Positions 20,650 through 30,405 are shown, counted from the first letter of the stretch. The stretch is 32,000 nt of DNA from Methanothermus fervidus DSM 2088 (GCA_000166095.1 CP002278.1:1200001-1232000); one strand, 5' to 3'. The notes: generated from the letters alone by a model not told the origin. Made by a program: numbers and translations.

Positions 20650-21669
20650 CTACTTTTGTCCTCCTTTTTCCAATGTAACCTCAAATTCACCAGGATTTTC
20701 AAGTAATACACTAGGTCTCACAGCAACTATTGGAAATCTCCAACTACCAATTCTTGCGGCAATTGTACTTGCTATATTCCTGGAATTCCTTTTTACCAAA
20801 GCATAATCATGATTATTAACTGTTATATTGACATTGTATGGTGATTCTTCCATTACATCTTCTGAAGGCAACACATTTAATTCAAAATGGTTTTTCCGCA
20901 TGAAAATATCATTTCTAACAGCTACAAGTGGACTATATTCTAATTCTAAATTATCTCTGACAGTTACAGCTATGTTGCCAGCATATTTAACAACTTTTTT
21001 ATAATCTTGTGGATTAACAAGAACAAATATTATATAGTTTCCTTCTTCAATATTTTCAACCATCTCTAGAACATTTTTTAAGACAGGAATTTTCATGAAC
21101 ACTTCTTCAACTTTTGACTCTAATCCTTCCTCATAAACCTTAATTCTACTTATAGCTTCTTTAGCTATTGCTATGCCACTAAGCTTTTTCCCATGTCTTA
21201 CATTATAGTAATCAAAACCTTTGTCTTTAAATTTGTTTAAAGCATCTAAAGTGATTTCTTTTATTATGTCTTTGACCTTCCTTACTTTTGGAATCTTTCC
21301 AATTACTATTTTATTATTTTCAAATGTGTAGGGAACTCTTCTACTATCAATATTTTTAAATTCATCTCTAAACTCTCTAAAATTGTCATTTGACAATATT
21401 TTTGCATCTTCTTCTTCTGCCAACTTTAAAATATAATGATCTGCATTTGTACCTGCAGGTACTTCCTTAATTATCCCCTTTTTTATGTATTCCTTATATT
21501 TCTCTTCATCATCAATCTTATGTTTCAAAGAAGCGTCAGCAACGACTATCGGTTTAAAACCAAGTTTTTTTACAGCCTTTATAGCTTCGATAATTCTTTT
21601 CATTATCGCCTTATTCTGATGGTGGGCAATATTTGATGCATCTATAATCATTTTCAATGGATCACCCAT
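20650..21669 (-). CDS. NYN/PIN-like ribonuclease domain (Zc3h12a/Regnase type) fused to an uncharacterised C-terminal region
   Basis: MIIDASNIAHH, NADHYILKLAEEEDAKILSNDNFREFRDEFKNIDSRRVPYTF match the Regnase-like NYN pattern; the roughly 200-aa C-terminal part has no family I recognise. Confidence 0.75.
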   Translation of the reverse strand: MGDPLKMIIDASNIAHHQNKAIMKRIIEAIKAVKKLGFKPIVVADASLKHKIDDEEKYKEYIKKGIIKEVPAGTNADHYILKLAEEEDAKILSNDNFREFRDEFKNIDSRRVPYTFENNKIVIGKIPKVRKVKDIIKEITLDALNKFKDKGFDYYNVRHGKKLSGIAIAKEAISRIKVYEEGLESKVEEVFMKIPVLKNVLEMVENIEEGNYIIFVLVNPQDYKKVVKYAGNIAVTVRDNLELEYSPLVAVRNDIFMRKNHFELNVLPSEDVMEESPYNVNITVNNHDYALVKRNSRNIASTIAARIGSWRFPIVAVRPSVLLENPGEFEVTLEKGGQK

Positions 21670-22405
21670 TTTTTCTTTTATATTTACCTAATATTTTCAT
21701 TTTTCCTTCTACTTCACATAATTTTACTTTTATTTCTTTCTCATTCACCAAATACACATTATAACTATTTGGATTTTTTGCTCTAAGTGATGGAGATGAA
21801 ACTGTACCTGCAGTTGCAAAAACACAACCTTCTAAATTCCATGAATATGGTACATGTCTATGTCCACAAACAACAAGATCCACATCGTATTTAACTAAAG
21901 ATTCTAGAATATCACCAGCGTCAAGAAGTACATTTCTTTCTCGTCCTGTTTTTGGAACGGGGATGATATGATGATGCAAGGCTACAATTTTGAATTTATT
22001 TTTTGCTTTTTTCAATTCTTTTTCAAGCCATTTTTGCTGTTCTCTTCCTATCTTTCCACAATCTAAATCAGGTTCACTACTGTCAAGTCCAATAACAACA
22101 AACTTTTTATTCTTATTTTTAAGAACACCTGATCTTGGACCAATAACTTCTTCAAATACTTCATAACCTACGTGTCTAGCATCATGATTTCCTGGTACAG
22201 TTATAGTAGGTATAATCTCTGAAATTTCATCTAAATATTTTTTTGCTTCTATAAATTCCTGATAATAACCATTGTTTGTTATATCTCCACTTACAATAAC
22301 TACATCAGGGCGGATGTTTTTAACCTGGTTCAGAGCTTTTTTTAATAATTTTTCCTTAAATTTGAATTCACCCACATGAAAATCTGAAAGGTGGGCAATT
22401 ATCAA
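21662..22405 (-). CDS. Calcineurin-like metallophosphoesterase, CpdA/Icc (cNMP phosphodiesterase)-like
   Basis: HLSDFHVG, VVSGDIT, VPGNHDAR, VALHHHIIP, VVCGHRHVPYSW: complete metallophosphoesterase motif set. Confidence 0.85.
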   Translation of the reverse strand: MIIAHLSDFHVGEFKFKEKLLKKALNQVKNIRPDVVIVSGDITNNGYYQEFIEAKKYLDEISEIIPTITVPGNHDARHVGYEVFEEVIGPRSGVLKNKNKKFVVIGLDSSEPDLDCGKIGREQQKWLEKELKKAKNKFKIVALHHHIIPVPKTGRERNVLLDAGDILESLVKYDVDLVVCGHRHVPYSWNLEGCVFATAGTVSSPSLRAKNPNSYNVYLVNEKEIKVKLCEVEGKMKILGKYKRKNG

Positions 22406-22747
22406 TTAACTCAGCCTCATAATTGCTTCTGCGATGTCACCATTACTTTCTTTTAAGGCTTTTTCAGCCTCATCCCTACTAACTCCTGTTTGTTCCATAA
22501 CAAGCTTAATATCTTCTTCAGGTATTTTTTCCTCAACTTTTCTTTCTTCAACTTTACCAGTCACTTGATATGTCTTTTGACCCATTAGATCCATCAAAGT
22601 TACACTGGGATTCTTTATAACAAGCTCTTTGTCATTCATTTTAATAATAACTTCATTAACACCTTTTAATTCTTCCATTTTCATTCCCATTTGCTTCATA
22701 ACTTTTTGCATACGTCTCAACTGTCTTGGATCCATACCAGGTATCAT
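22406..22747 (-). CDS. nac: Nascent polypeptide-associated complex protein (archaeal NAC-alpha)
   Basis: MNPRQ-like start (MDPRQLRRMQKVMKQMGMKMEEL), NAC domain, C-terminal UBA (DIKLVMEQTGVSRDEAEKALKESNGDIAEAIMRL). Confidence 0.95.
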   Translation of the reverse strand: MIPGMDPRQLRRMQKVMKQMGMKMEELKGVNEVIIKMNDKELVIKNPSVTLMDLMGQKTYQVTGKVEERKVEEKIPEEDIKLVMEQTGVSRDEAEKALKESNGDIAEAIMRLS

Positions 22748-24708
22748 TCACTCCACTCCTTTCTATTTTTTACAGCCACTCCTCTCTCAAACTCCATCAT
22801 TTCATAGCTAGATAATACAGCTTTACCAAATGCGATTAATTCATCATCCTTATTAACAACTAAAACTTCGTCATTTGCTCTTATCTTTTTATCACAATCT
22901 ATAATAAATTTGGCAAATACATTTCTACCAGCTTTTACGAATGGTTCTGCTTCCTCATTAACAACGACTCTATTTAATGGATATTCTCTATTTTCATGTA
23001 ATTTTTTTGCTCCATCCCAAGTTAGTATTATAAACCCATCTGGTGGTCGTATAGTAGCTAAAAGAACATCGTCTTCATAAATATACCTTATTCTCCCAGT
23101 TTTTCTACTTCTCAACACTCTAATATTTCCATTAAATAAGGCTTCTCCACTTCCTTCACCAAATTGATAATCAGCCATTAATTTTACTATTTCTAGATCT
23201 TCAATTTTTGTTTCTATTTCTATATCATCTCTGTATTTATTTGATAAACCAAGATCAAATCTTTCATTTACAAGTTCATTGACAAGAACTTCTTCATATT
23301 CTTCAAACAAATCCTCAATTTTTTTAATTAAAAATTCTTTCATCTCTAAATCATAATTTTTTGGAACTTCGCATTGAGCAAGAGGATATAATTCATCTAC
23401 GCCTAGAGGAATTATACAAAATGGAACATCCACAACAAAAAATTGGGATTCTTCTATAGGTTTACTAGAATTTCCTATACGATAGAATCCTTTAATTTTC
23501 TTAGGAATATTTCTATTGTATGGTTTACCATAAGAAGGTAACAATATTGCCCTACTCCTTTTTGGTAATTGTTTAATTTTTTTAAAATGACGATATATTT
23601 CCACACGTCTTAAACTTTCAGGGCCTAAGTAAAAGAATGCTGAAGGTTTTGTTACAGGATCATATTTTTCTATAAATTTTTTATATTTAAGAAGTTCTCT
23701 ATAAGCATCTAAAAGTGTTGGATGAGATCTACATCTTTTTTCAACAAGTTCCATCAATGATCCATCATATATTGCCTGCCTAACTCTTCTCATCTCACTA
23801 AAACTTACATAAAGATTATGTTGAGATATCAATTTATATCTTTCATCTTTTTCCATTCTCCTCAATTCCTCAGGCGTATATTCTAGACATATTGGACATG
23901 TGCATGGCATTTCTTGTAAATCTTGGAGTTTATAAGTTCCATGTGGACTTAAAAATCTATCATCTTGTGCATATAACATATAAGCGGCTGAATCAAATAA
24001 ATCACAGCCCATAGCTACCATCAATGCAAATAACATTGGATGCCCAGCACCCATAAGATGTATAGGACGAGAACGTGGTAAATGTTGAACTGAAGACATG
24101 ACTATATTTACTATTGTTCTGTAATCATAAGATTCAAGTAGTGGAACAACAGCGCCTATTGGATGCACATCAAAAGAATATTTACTTAATTCCTTTGCAC
24201 AACGGGCTCTAAGGTCAGGATATGTTGATCCTTGTACTACAGCATTAAGTAGCATATCTTTCCTATAATCTAAAGATTCTATAGCTCTTTTAATTGTTAT
24301 GTCTAATTCTTCTTCTGCTCTTTTTCTACTAACATATGGTGGTGTGGGTATATCTAATGAAGTTCCAATATCTGAACCTATTTTTTCTTGGAACTCAATT
24401 ATTTCTTTATTACTAACATCAATATCTCCATATTTAGAAAGTTGGAAAGAACCTGAATCAGTCATTACAACTCCATCAAAATCTATTAATTTATGTACAC
24501 CTTTTTTAATTGCTTCTTCTCTAAGTTCTTCATCTCTGTAGATTATATATGCGTTAGTAATGACTATCTCTTTGTTAAATTTTTTTATGTCAAATTCTTG
24601 TTTTTTTGGATGAATAACTGGCATTAAGGTAGGGGTTTGAACTTTTTTATTTTTCACTGTAAATATGCCAATTCTTCCAAGTCCATCTTTTCTCTTTATT
24701 TCAAACAT
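22744..24708 (-). CDS. tgtA: tRNA-guanine(15) transglycosylase (archaeosine), with C-terminal PUA domain
   Basis: TPTLMPVIHP, VMTDSGSFQLSKYG, DIPTPPY, PIGAVVPLLESYDY, zinc site CTCPICLEYTPEEL...HNLY; PUA region at the end. Confidence 0.95.
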   Translation of the reverse strand: MFEIKRKDGLGRIGIFTVKNKKVQTPTLMPVIHPKKQEFDIKKFNKEIVITNAYIIYRDEELREEAIKKGVHKLIDFDGVVMTDSGSFQLSKYGDIDVSNKEIIEFQEKIGSDIGTSLDIPTPPYVSRKRAEEELDITIKRAIESLDYRKDMLLNAVVQGSTYPDLRARCAKELSKYSFDVHPIGAVVPLLESYDYRTIVNIVMSSVQHLPRSRPIHLMGAGHPMLFALMVAMGCDLFDSAAYMLYAQDDRFLSPHGTYKLQDLQEMPCTCPICLEYTPEELRRMEKDERYKLISQHNLYVSFSEMRRVRQAIYDGSLMELVEKRCRSHPTLLDAYRELLKYKKFIEKYDPVTKPSAFFYLGPESLRRVEIYRHFKKIKQLPKRSRAILLPSYGKPYNRNIPKKIKGFYRIGNSSKPIEESQFFVVDVPFCIIPLGVDELYPLAQCEVPKNYDLEMKEFLIKKIEDLFEEYEEVLVNELVNERFDLGLSNKYRDDIEIETKIEDLEIVKLMADYQFGEGSGEALFNGNIRVLRSRKTGRIRYIYEDDVLLATIRPPDGFIILTWDGAKKLHENREYPLNRVVVNEEAEPFVKAGRNVFAKFIIDCDKKIRANDEVLVVNKDDELIAFGKAVLSSYEMMEFERGVAVKNRKEWSE

Positions 24709-24719
24709 ATAAATGTCAC

Positions 24720-25853
24720 CTATTGAATGGTTTCTTTAATTTTTTTCAAGCGCTTACGCATCATCAATATTCTTTCCCTAGAATTCTTTGGACGTGGTTC
24801 ATTACAACCACAGATACATTTATCAAACTGTGGACATACAATATACTTGGCCTCATAACTATTTATCTCAATCCCAAATTTCTGTGCATTTTTAATAGCC
24901 CTTGTATTTGCCTCAGCTTTCCCTAAATACAATGGAGTTCTAGCTGAGGAGGATAAATATTCCTTATGTCTTGCCTTCTTTCTTTCAATTTTTCTTCTCT
25001 TTAAAATTTTTTCTGCAGGATCATTTAAATTTGGATCTCTAAATGGTATTCCCACATCACTTAAGGCTATCATTCTTTCATCATCAACATTAAGTTGTTT
25101 TTTTATGAGGGAAGGATTTGGGGATGCTATAGTCCCTCCACGTTTTCTACCAAATATAGGACCTTCCCCTATATAAAATCCCACTTCAATCATCCCAGAT
25201 CTTACTGGAGCAGCAGATGTATAAGTTGTTAAAATACTATTTTTATTCATAACCCTAATAACTTCATTGAAAAATTCAACAGTGTATAATTCTGGAGATC
25301 TTAAAGGACTATAAGCATCTAAAAATACCACATCATAATAATCAGATTTTAAATTTTTTATAACATCTCTTGCATCATTACAGAATACATTAATTTTTAT
25401 GTTTTTTCTCTTGTCTTTTGTTTTGTTGTCAATTTTTTTCAATACTCCCTCTTCATAAAGTTTCTTTTTATATACAGTTTTAATAAGCTTGTGAGAATCT
25501 ATGGGACTTGGTATTAACGTTGCTAACAATAATACTTCTTTTGATATTTCAATCATGTCTATTTTTAAATTATTTTTCTTTTTATGAATTAATGCAGCAG
25601 AATTATAACCCAATCCTGAACATATGTCCAAAACTTTGAGTTTTTCTTTTTTTAATACTTCAATAGGTTTAACAAATTTTTCAAATGATTCTGTAATTGC
25701 ACCATGGATTGTATGCATCGTTTCATTAAAATTAGATTTAACTGTATATGAACCATCTTTAGTCTTAATTAAATATTTCATTAATTTACCTTTGACGTTG
25801 TAACCTTCTAGATACTTCTTCAGTAATTTGGAGACTCTACTGTCTAATTTCAT
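24720..25853 (-). CDS. MnmC2-like SAM-dependent methyltransferase with C-terminal cysteine cluster
   Basis: VLDICSGLGYNSAAL, YDVVFLDAYSPLRSPELYTVEFFNEVIRVM, TYTSAAPVRSGMIEVGFYIGEGPIFGRKRGGTIAS; C-terminal CPQFDKCICGCNEPRPKNSRERI. Confidence 0.8.
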   Translation of the reverse strand: MKLDSRVSKLLKKYLEGYNVKGKLMKYLIKTKDGSYTVKSNFNETMHTIHGAITESFEKFVKPIEVLKKEKLKVLDICSGLGYNSAALIHKKKNNLKIDMIEISKEVLLLATLIPSPIDSHKLIKTVYKKKLYEEGVLKKIDNKTKDKRKNIKINVFCNDARDVIKNLKSDYYDVVFLDAYSPLRSPELYTVEFFNEVIRVMNKNSILTTYTSAAPVRSGMIEVGFYIGEGPIFGRKRGGTIASPNPSLIKKQLNVDDERMIALSDVGIPFRDPNLNDPAEKILKRRKIERKKARHKEYLSSSARTPLYLGKAEANTRAIKNAQKFGIEINSYEAKYIVCPQFDKCICGCNEPRPKNSRERILMMRKRLKKIKETIQ

Positions 25854-26003
25854 ATTTGTACCATAATTTTGTTAAAATTAGAGATTAATCAGTATTTCTT
25901 TTTCATCATCAAAATTCAGATAGCGAAATGTTCATCATGCTATTATAGTTTATATTAGTGAATTAATAATATTTTTTCAAATAAAACTTTTTTGGGGATT
26001 ATA

Positions 26004-26699
26004 GTGATAATTTCTCATTTTTCAGTAAGTGACAAGATAACAATTTTAGTTGCTAGATGTAATTTTAAATGTAAATATTGTTTTTTCAAACCTTTTAGAG
26101 AGATAGATATAGATGTAGAAAAATTAATAAAAATCACTAAAAAATTAAGAAAGCAATTTAAATTAAATAAAATCATGATTGCAGGTGGAGAACCTACTTT
26201 GGAAAAGGACCTGCCTGAATTTGTAAAATTATTAAAAGAGAATAATTTTTATGTTATAATTTCAACTAACGGATATTATTTATGTGAAATGTTGCATAAA
26301 CTAGAGGCAGATGAAATTCATATTGATTTAAAAGCATTGGATAACAAGATTCATAAAAAGTTAACAGGCTCATCAAACAAAAAAATTTTGAAATGCATTG
26401 AATACATAGGACTAAGAAAAAATAGGCTACCTTTTAGAGTAGAAGTATGTACTGTGTATATTCCTGGAATTGTTGAAATCAATGAAATAAGAAATATAGC
26501 TAAATTTCTTAGTAAGTGGGATTTACACTATAGGATAACTGGTCATGTGCCAGTTACTTTAAATGTTCGTAGGCCTACTAGAGATGAATTATTATTTGCT
26601 AAAAAGGAAGCTTGTAAATACCTATCTAATGTTACGTCTTCACTAGATTTTAAAAGACATAAACCTTCACAAATCAAGATTAATCCTGAGGAGTTGTGA
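26004..26699 (+). CDS. Radical SAM protein
   Basis: CNFKCKYCF (CX3CX2C) and AGGEPTLEKDLPEFVKLLKENNFYVIISTNG. The track starts at TTG 25992; GTG 26004 has GGGG 7 nt upstream. Confidence 0.85.
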   Translation: MIISHFSVSDKITILVARCNFKCKYCFFKPFREIDIDVEKLIKITKKLRKQFKLNKIMIAGGEPTLEKDLPEFVKLLKENNFYVIISTNGYYLCEMLHKLEADEIHIDLKALDNKIHKKLTGSSNKKILKCIEYIGLRKNRLPFRVEVCTVYIPGIVEINEIRNIAKFLSKWDLHYRITGHVPVTLNVRRPTRDELLFAKKEACKYLSNVTSSLDFKRHKPSQIKINPEEL

Positions 26700-26988
26700 C
26701 TCTTTCAATAATTCTTTTACCTGCCACTACTTCGTCTACACTTTGAATTGATGCACCATATTCACTTATTGCATTTGTTATTTTTTTGTAGTTTAAATCA
26801 TTTCCCTGTATTGTTACTTTTATTGTTTCTGTGTCTTTATCAACTTCCATAAGGCTTATATTTACGCCTTCTACTCCTTCAACCTTACTGAGATGTTTTG
26901 CAAAAACAGGAAGGGCTGGTTCATGGGGCTTAAGAACATCTAAAACTATCCGTATTAGACCTTTACTCACTTTCGGATTACCTCCCAT
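26680..26988 (-). CDS. DUF211 family protein
   Basis: GLIRIVLDVLKPHEPALPVFAKHLSKVEGVEGVNISLMEVDKDTETIKVTIQG...YGASIQSVDEVVAG. Confidence 0.85.
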   Translation of the reverse strand: MGGNPKVSKGLIRIVLDVLKPHEPALPVFAKHLSKVEGVEGVNISLMEVDKDTETIKVTIQGNDLNYKKITNAISEYGASIQSVDEVVAGKRIIERVTTPQD

Positions 26989-27102
26989 AGAAGATTCTTT
27001 TTGGATATTATACTTTGTAACTATTGTCTATTATCGTTTTCCAATATATAAATATTTTTTGTTTTTAGATTTGTTAGTGAGGAAATTTATGATCTCAAAA
27101 AT

Positions 27103-27858
27103 TCAATTAATGAATTTTACATATTTAAGAAGATCAATTGCATTTTTAACCTCAGATTCTAAATTTAAAGATAGATATGCTTTTTTACCCAATGAAAAAC
27201 TTGAGGATAATATCATTTGTTTTTTGCCAATTAATTCAACCCCATTGACTGGTGTATGACCTACAACCATTGCATTACATCCAACTTTCTCTAGAAATCT
27301 ATCTATATCAGAAAGTGAGTAATCACCATATCTATTCCAAATTAATTCATATAAGATGGGATCATCATAATCTTTAACTTTCATAATATCTTCAATACTT
27401 TCTATATATCTAGAAGGACCTGCATGGGAAATAAATACTTTGTTAGAGGTCCTAACAGCTAAATGAAATTTCTTAAAAAATGTTTTAAACTCATCTAATA
27501 TTTCTTTCCATCCATCTCCAAATTTACTTTTCAATAATCTTTCAAACATTATTGTGAGATTTATACCACCTTTGTAGATGGGAATTCCTGTAATCACAGA
27601 CCATTCATGATTACCAAGTAGAAGATATATATTTTTTTCGCTCTTAAGTAAGTCTCGAACTTTGTATATAATTTCGACAGATCCATCTTCCTTTAAATCC
27701 ATTGCATGGATTAGATCACCTGTAAATACAAAATATTCGTGCTCACCACTTTCCCAAATTTTAATATATTTATTAAAATCTTTTAAATTTCCATGAATAT
27801 CAGTAACTACTAAAAGCTTACCATTATTTGATAATTCAATTAGAGGATCTTTCATCAA
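27103..27858 (-). CDS. Ser/Thr protein phosphatase-like metallophosphoesterase
   Basis: VVTDIHGNLKDF, FVFTGDLIHAMD, LLLGNHEWSV, MVVGHTPVNGVE. Confidence 0.85.
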   Translation of the reverse strand: MMKDPLIELSNNGKLLVVTDIHGNLKDFNKYIKIWESGEHEYFVFTGDLIHAMDLKEDGSVEIIYKVRDLLKSEKNIYLLLGNHEWSVITGIPIYKGGINLTIMFERLLKSKFGDGWKEILDEFKTFFKKFHLAVRTSNKVFISHAGPSRYIESIEDIMKVKDYDDPILYELIWNRYGDYSLSDIDRFLEKVGCNAMVVGHTPVNGVELIGKKQMILSSSFSLGKKAYLSLNLESEVKNAIDLLKYVKFIN

Positions 27859-28243
27859 TACACCTTACTTCAGTTTTTGAAATTTCATCTAAAATTCTTA
27901 TTGATTTTGATTTAACAATCCAAGCAATAATAACGTCAAAAATTACTGGAAACCACAAAATCTTTGAAATGTTTCGCAACAATGTTTGTTTGTAAGTTAA
28001 ATCTTTTTCTTTAGATACAACCTCTAAATTTTGTAAATTTTTTCCAATAGTTTTGCCAAAATTTTTTTCAAAATATGTAAAGTATGCTAGCGTTATCGCT
28101 ATCAATACTACAATCCAATAGTTATATATGGGATAAAGTTTGGATGCTACAATCAATGGGTAAAATATTAGAGCTAGTAGCCATACTATTATTGTAACAA
28201 ATACTGCATCAATTACAAATGCAATAAATCTTTTTTTATACAT
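27836..28243 (-). CDS. RDD family membrane protein
   Basis: KKRFIAFVIDAVFVTIIVWLLALIFYPL, FEKNFGKTIGKNLQNLEVVSKE..LTYKQTLLRNISK. Confidence 0.75.
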   Translation of the reverse strand: MYKKRFIAFVIDAVFVTIIVWLLALIFYPLIVASKLYPIYNYWIVVLIAITLAYFTYFEKNFGKTIGKNLQNLEVVSKEKDLTYKQTLLRNISKILWFPVIFDVIIAWIVKSKSIRILDEISKTEVRCIDERSSN

Positions 28244-28252
28244 TTTTGAACC

Positions 28253-29266
28253 TCAACAAACTCTTGGTACTGGATCAGCAACAGGAGTTTCCAATATTCT
28301 TTTTCCACCCACAGAAGTCTTAAGTATTACATGTTTGTCGTCTGTTACTTCTCCTATTATTTCAGCGTCCTTACCATGTTTTGTTTTTTTCACAGCTTCC
28401 AAAACATCCTCTGCTAAATCTGATTCAACTCCTATAATTACTTTTCCTTCATTTGCTACTTCATATGGATCTATACCTAACATTTCTGAGGCTGCAACAA
28501 CTTCTTCTTTTATAGGTATTTTGTTTTCATATATTAACATTCCAACTCCAGATTTGGATGCCATTTCATTCAATGCATTAGCTAATCCACCACGAGTTGG
28601 ATCTTTCATGGCTTTGACTCCACCAACATTTAAAGCAGCTTCAACCACATCCCATACAGGTGCTACATCAGATTTTAAATTTGTTTCAAATCCAAATCCT
28701 TCACGATGAGCCATTATTGCCATGCCATGATCGCCAACAGTTCCACTTAATATAATCTTATCCCCTACTTCTAATCCAGAATCTGGTTTTATTTCACCAT
28801 TTTTTGCAATTCCGATGCCGGTTGTCGTTATTATTATATCATCAAATTTATTTTTCTCAATAACTTTAGTGTCTCCTGTGATTATTGAAATTCCTACTTC
28901 CTTACAAGTTTTATTCATTGATTTTATTATTCTCTTAAGGTCTTTTTTTGGAAATCCTTCAGATATAACTAGAGCACTAGCTATGGCAAGAGGTCTTGCA
29001 CCCATCACAGCAAGATCATTCACAGTACCTGAAACAGCTAATTTACCTATATCACCACCTGGAAAAAATATTGGATCTATTGTATGGCTGTCAGTAGTTA
29101 CAACTATCTCACTTTTTCCTAATGGAATAGTGGCACCATCATCTAACTCATCGAGCCCTATACCGCCATTAACATTTTTATTTTCTAAATTAGATAGTAT
29201 TATCTCAGATATCATTTTTTGCATCATTTCTCCGCCTGCGCCCTCTGATAATTTTATTTTTTCCAT
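28253..29266 (-). CDS. hypE: [NiFe]-hydrogenase maturation carbamoyl dehydratase HypE
   Basis: LSEGAGGEMMQKMI, GLDELDDGATIPLG, DPTRGGLANALNEMA, C-terminal PVADPVPRVC. Confidence 0.95.
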   Translation of the reverse strand: MEKIKLSEGAGGEMMQKMISEIILSNLENKNVNGGIGLDELDDGATIPLGKSEIVVTTDSHTIDPIFFPGGDIGKLAVSGTVNDLAVMGARPLAIASALVISEGFPKKDLKRIIKSMNKTCKEVGISIITGDTKVIEKNKFDDIIITTTGIGIAKNGEIKPDSGLEVGDKIILSGTVGDHGMAIMAHREGFGFETNLKSDVAPVWDVVEAALNVGGVKAMKDPTRGGLANALNEMASKSGVGMLIYENKIPIKEEVVAASEMLGIDPYEVANEGKVIIGVESDLAEDVLEAVKKTKHGKDAEIIGEVTDDKHVILKTSVGGKRILETPVADPVPRVC

Positions 29267-29280
29267 TTTACATCACCATT

Positions 29281-29844
29281 TTATTGTAAATAACCTGTTA
29301 TTATGGAAATTGGATTATTAGCTAACATCATGGTTCCCCTATCTAAAATACGACCTTTGGAAATATTAACTTCGATTATCTCTGTTTTAAAGCCTAAATT
29401 TTGTAAGGTGTGCACAGCTTCAACTTTAGTCTCCAAAAGAATCGCAGTTATAACTATCCTACCATTTTCTGTAAGTTTTTTACTGCCAATATTCAAAATT
29501 TCCTGTAATTTACCTCCACTTCCGCCTACTATCATTACATCAAAATTTTTTAAATTTTTTAAGACTTCTGTTGCTTCACCATGTATTATGTTTACTCTAT
29601 CTAATAAACCTTGTTTTTTGAGGTTTTTACGAGTTAGATTTATAGCTTTAATATTTTTGTCTATGGCATCAATTCTACCAGCCTTTTTTGCTAATTCTAT
29701 GGTTATGGCCCCAGTACCACATCCAACTTCCACAACATAATCATTTTTCTTAATTCGCGCCTTACATAAAACCAAACATCTAATTTCTTCTTTTGTTGGG
29801 CCTGGTACATCCTTACTCTTCAGTATCTCTTCATCACTTATCAA
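29281..29844 (-). CDS. cbiT: Cobalt-precorrin-6B (C15)-methyltransferase/decarboxylase CbiT
   Basis: [45 protein letters not shown]...[15 protein letters not shown]. Confidence 0.9.
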   Translation of the reverse strand: MISDEEILKSKDVPGPTKEEIRCLVLCKARIKKNDYVVEVGCGTGAITIELAKKAGRIDAIDKNIKAINLTRKNLKKQGLLDRVNIIHGEATEVLKNLKNFDVMIVGGSGGKLQEILNIGSKKLTENGRIVITAILLETKVEAVHTLQNLGFKTEIIEVNISKGRILDRGTMMLANNPISIITGYLQ

Positions 29845-30400
29845 GCATTACACCTTCCCAACGTTTAAACAAATCATGTTTTATTTCCAAAATATCTAAA
29901 ATTTTCCCAACAATGAAATTGATAAGCTCATCAATGGTTTTTGGATTATGATAAAATGCTGGGGCTGCTGGAAGAATTATACCTCCTTCCTTACAAATTT
30001 TTAACATATTCTCAAGATGAACAAGTCGTAATGGTGTTTCACGAGGTACAAGAATTAGTTTACGCTTTTCTTTCAATGCTACGTCTGCGGCCCGTGTTAA
30101 TGCATTGTCTGTATATCCATGTGCAATGGCTGATAAAGTTTTCATTGTACATGGGATTATTACCATTGATTCAAATAAAAAAGATCCACTGTTTATTGGA
30201 GCTGTTAAATCTCTATATTCAAAATAATAATCACTTTTTTCTTTTAAATCATTTACAGACAATCCAAGTTCATATTTCAAAATTTTTTCTCCTATTTCAC
30301 TTACTATTAAACCTGTTTCTTTACCAACCTTATTAAGCACTTCTAAAAGTTTTACAGCATATATGACCCCACTGGCACCTGTAATACCTACAATTATCAT
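29834..30400 (-). CDS. ubiX: Flavin prenyltransferase UbiX family
   Basis: [76 protein letters not shown]. Confidence 0.95.
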   Translation of the reverse strand: MIIVGITGASGVIYAVKLLEVLNKVGKETGLIVSEIGEKILKYELGLSVNDLKEKSDYYFEYRDLTAPINSGSFLFESMVIIPCTMKTLSAIAHGYTDNALTRAADVALKEKRKLILVPRETPLRLVHLENMLKICKEGGIILPAAPAFYHNPKTIDELINFIVGKILDILEIKHDLFKRWEGVMLDK

Positions 30401-30405
30401 TCAAA

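Noticed and set aside
26831-27259. Plus-strand 142-aa ORF spanning the intergenic gap
   Set aside because: Overlaps DUF211 and the phosphatase on the opposite strand; composition is not protein-like and it lacks a convincing family signature.
29303-29740. Plus-strand 145-aa ORF, also 28335-28709 and 28815-29321
   Set aside because: Shadow ORFs antisense to cbiT and hypE.
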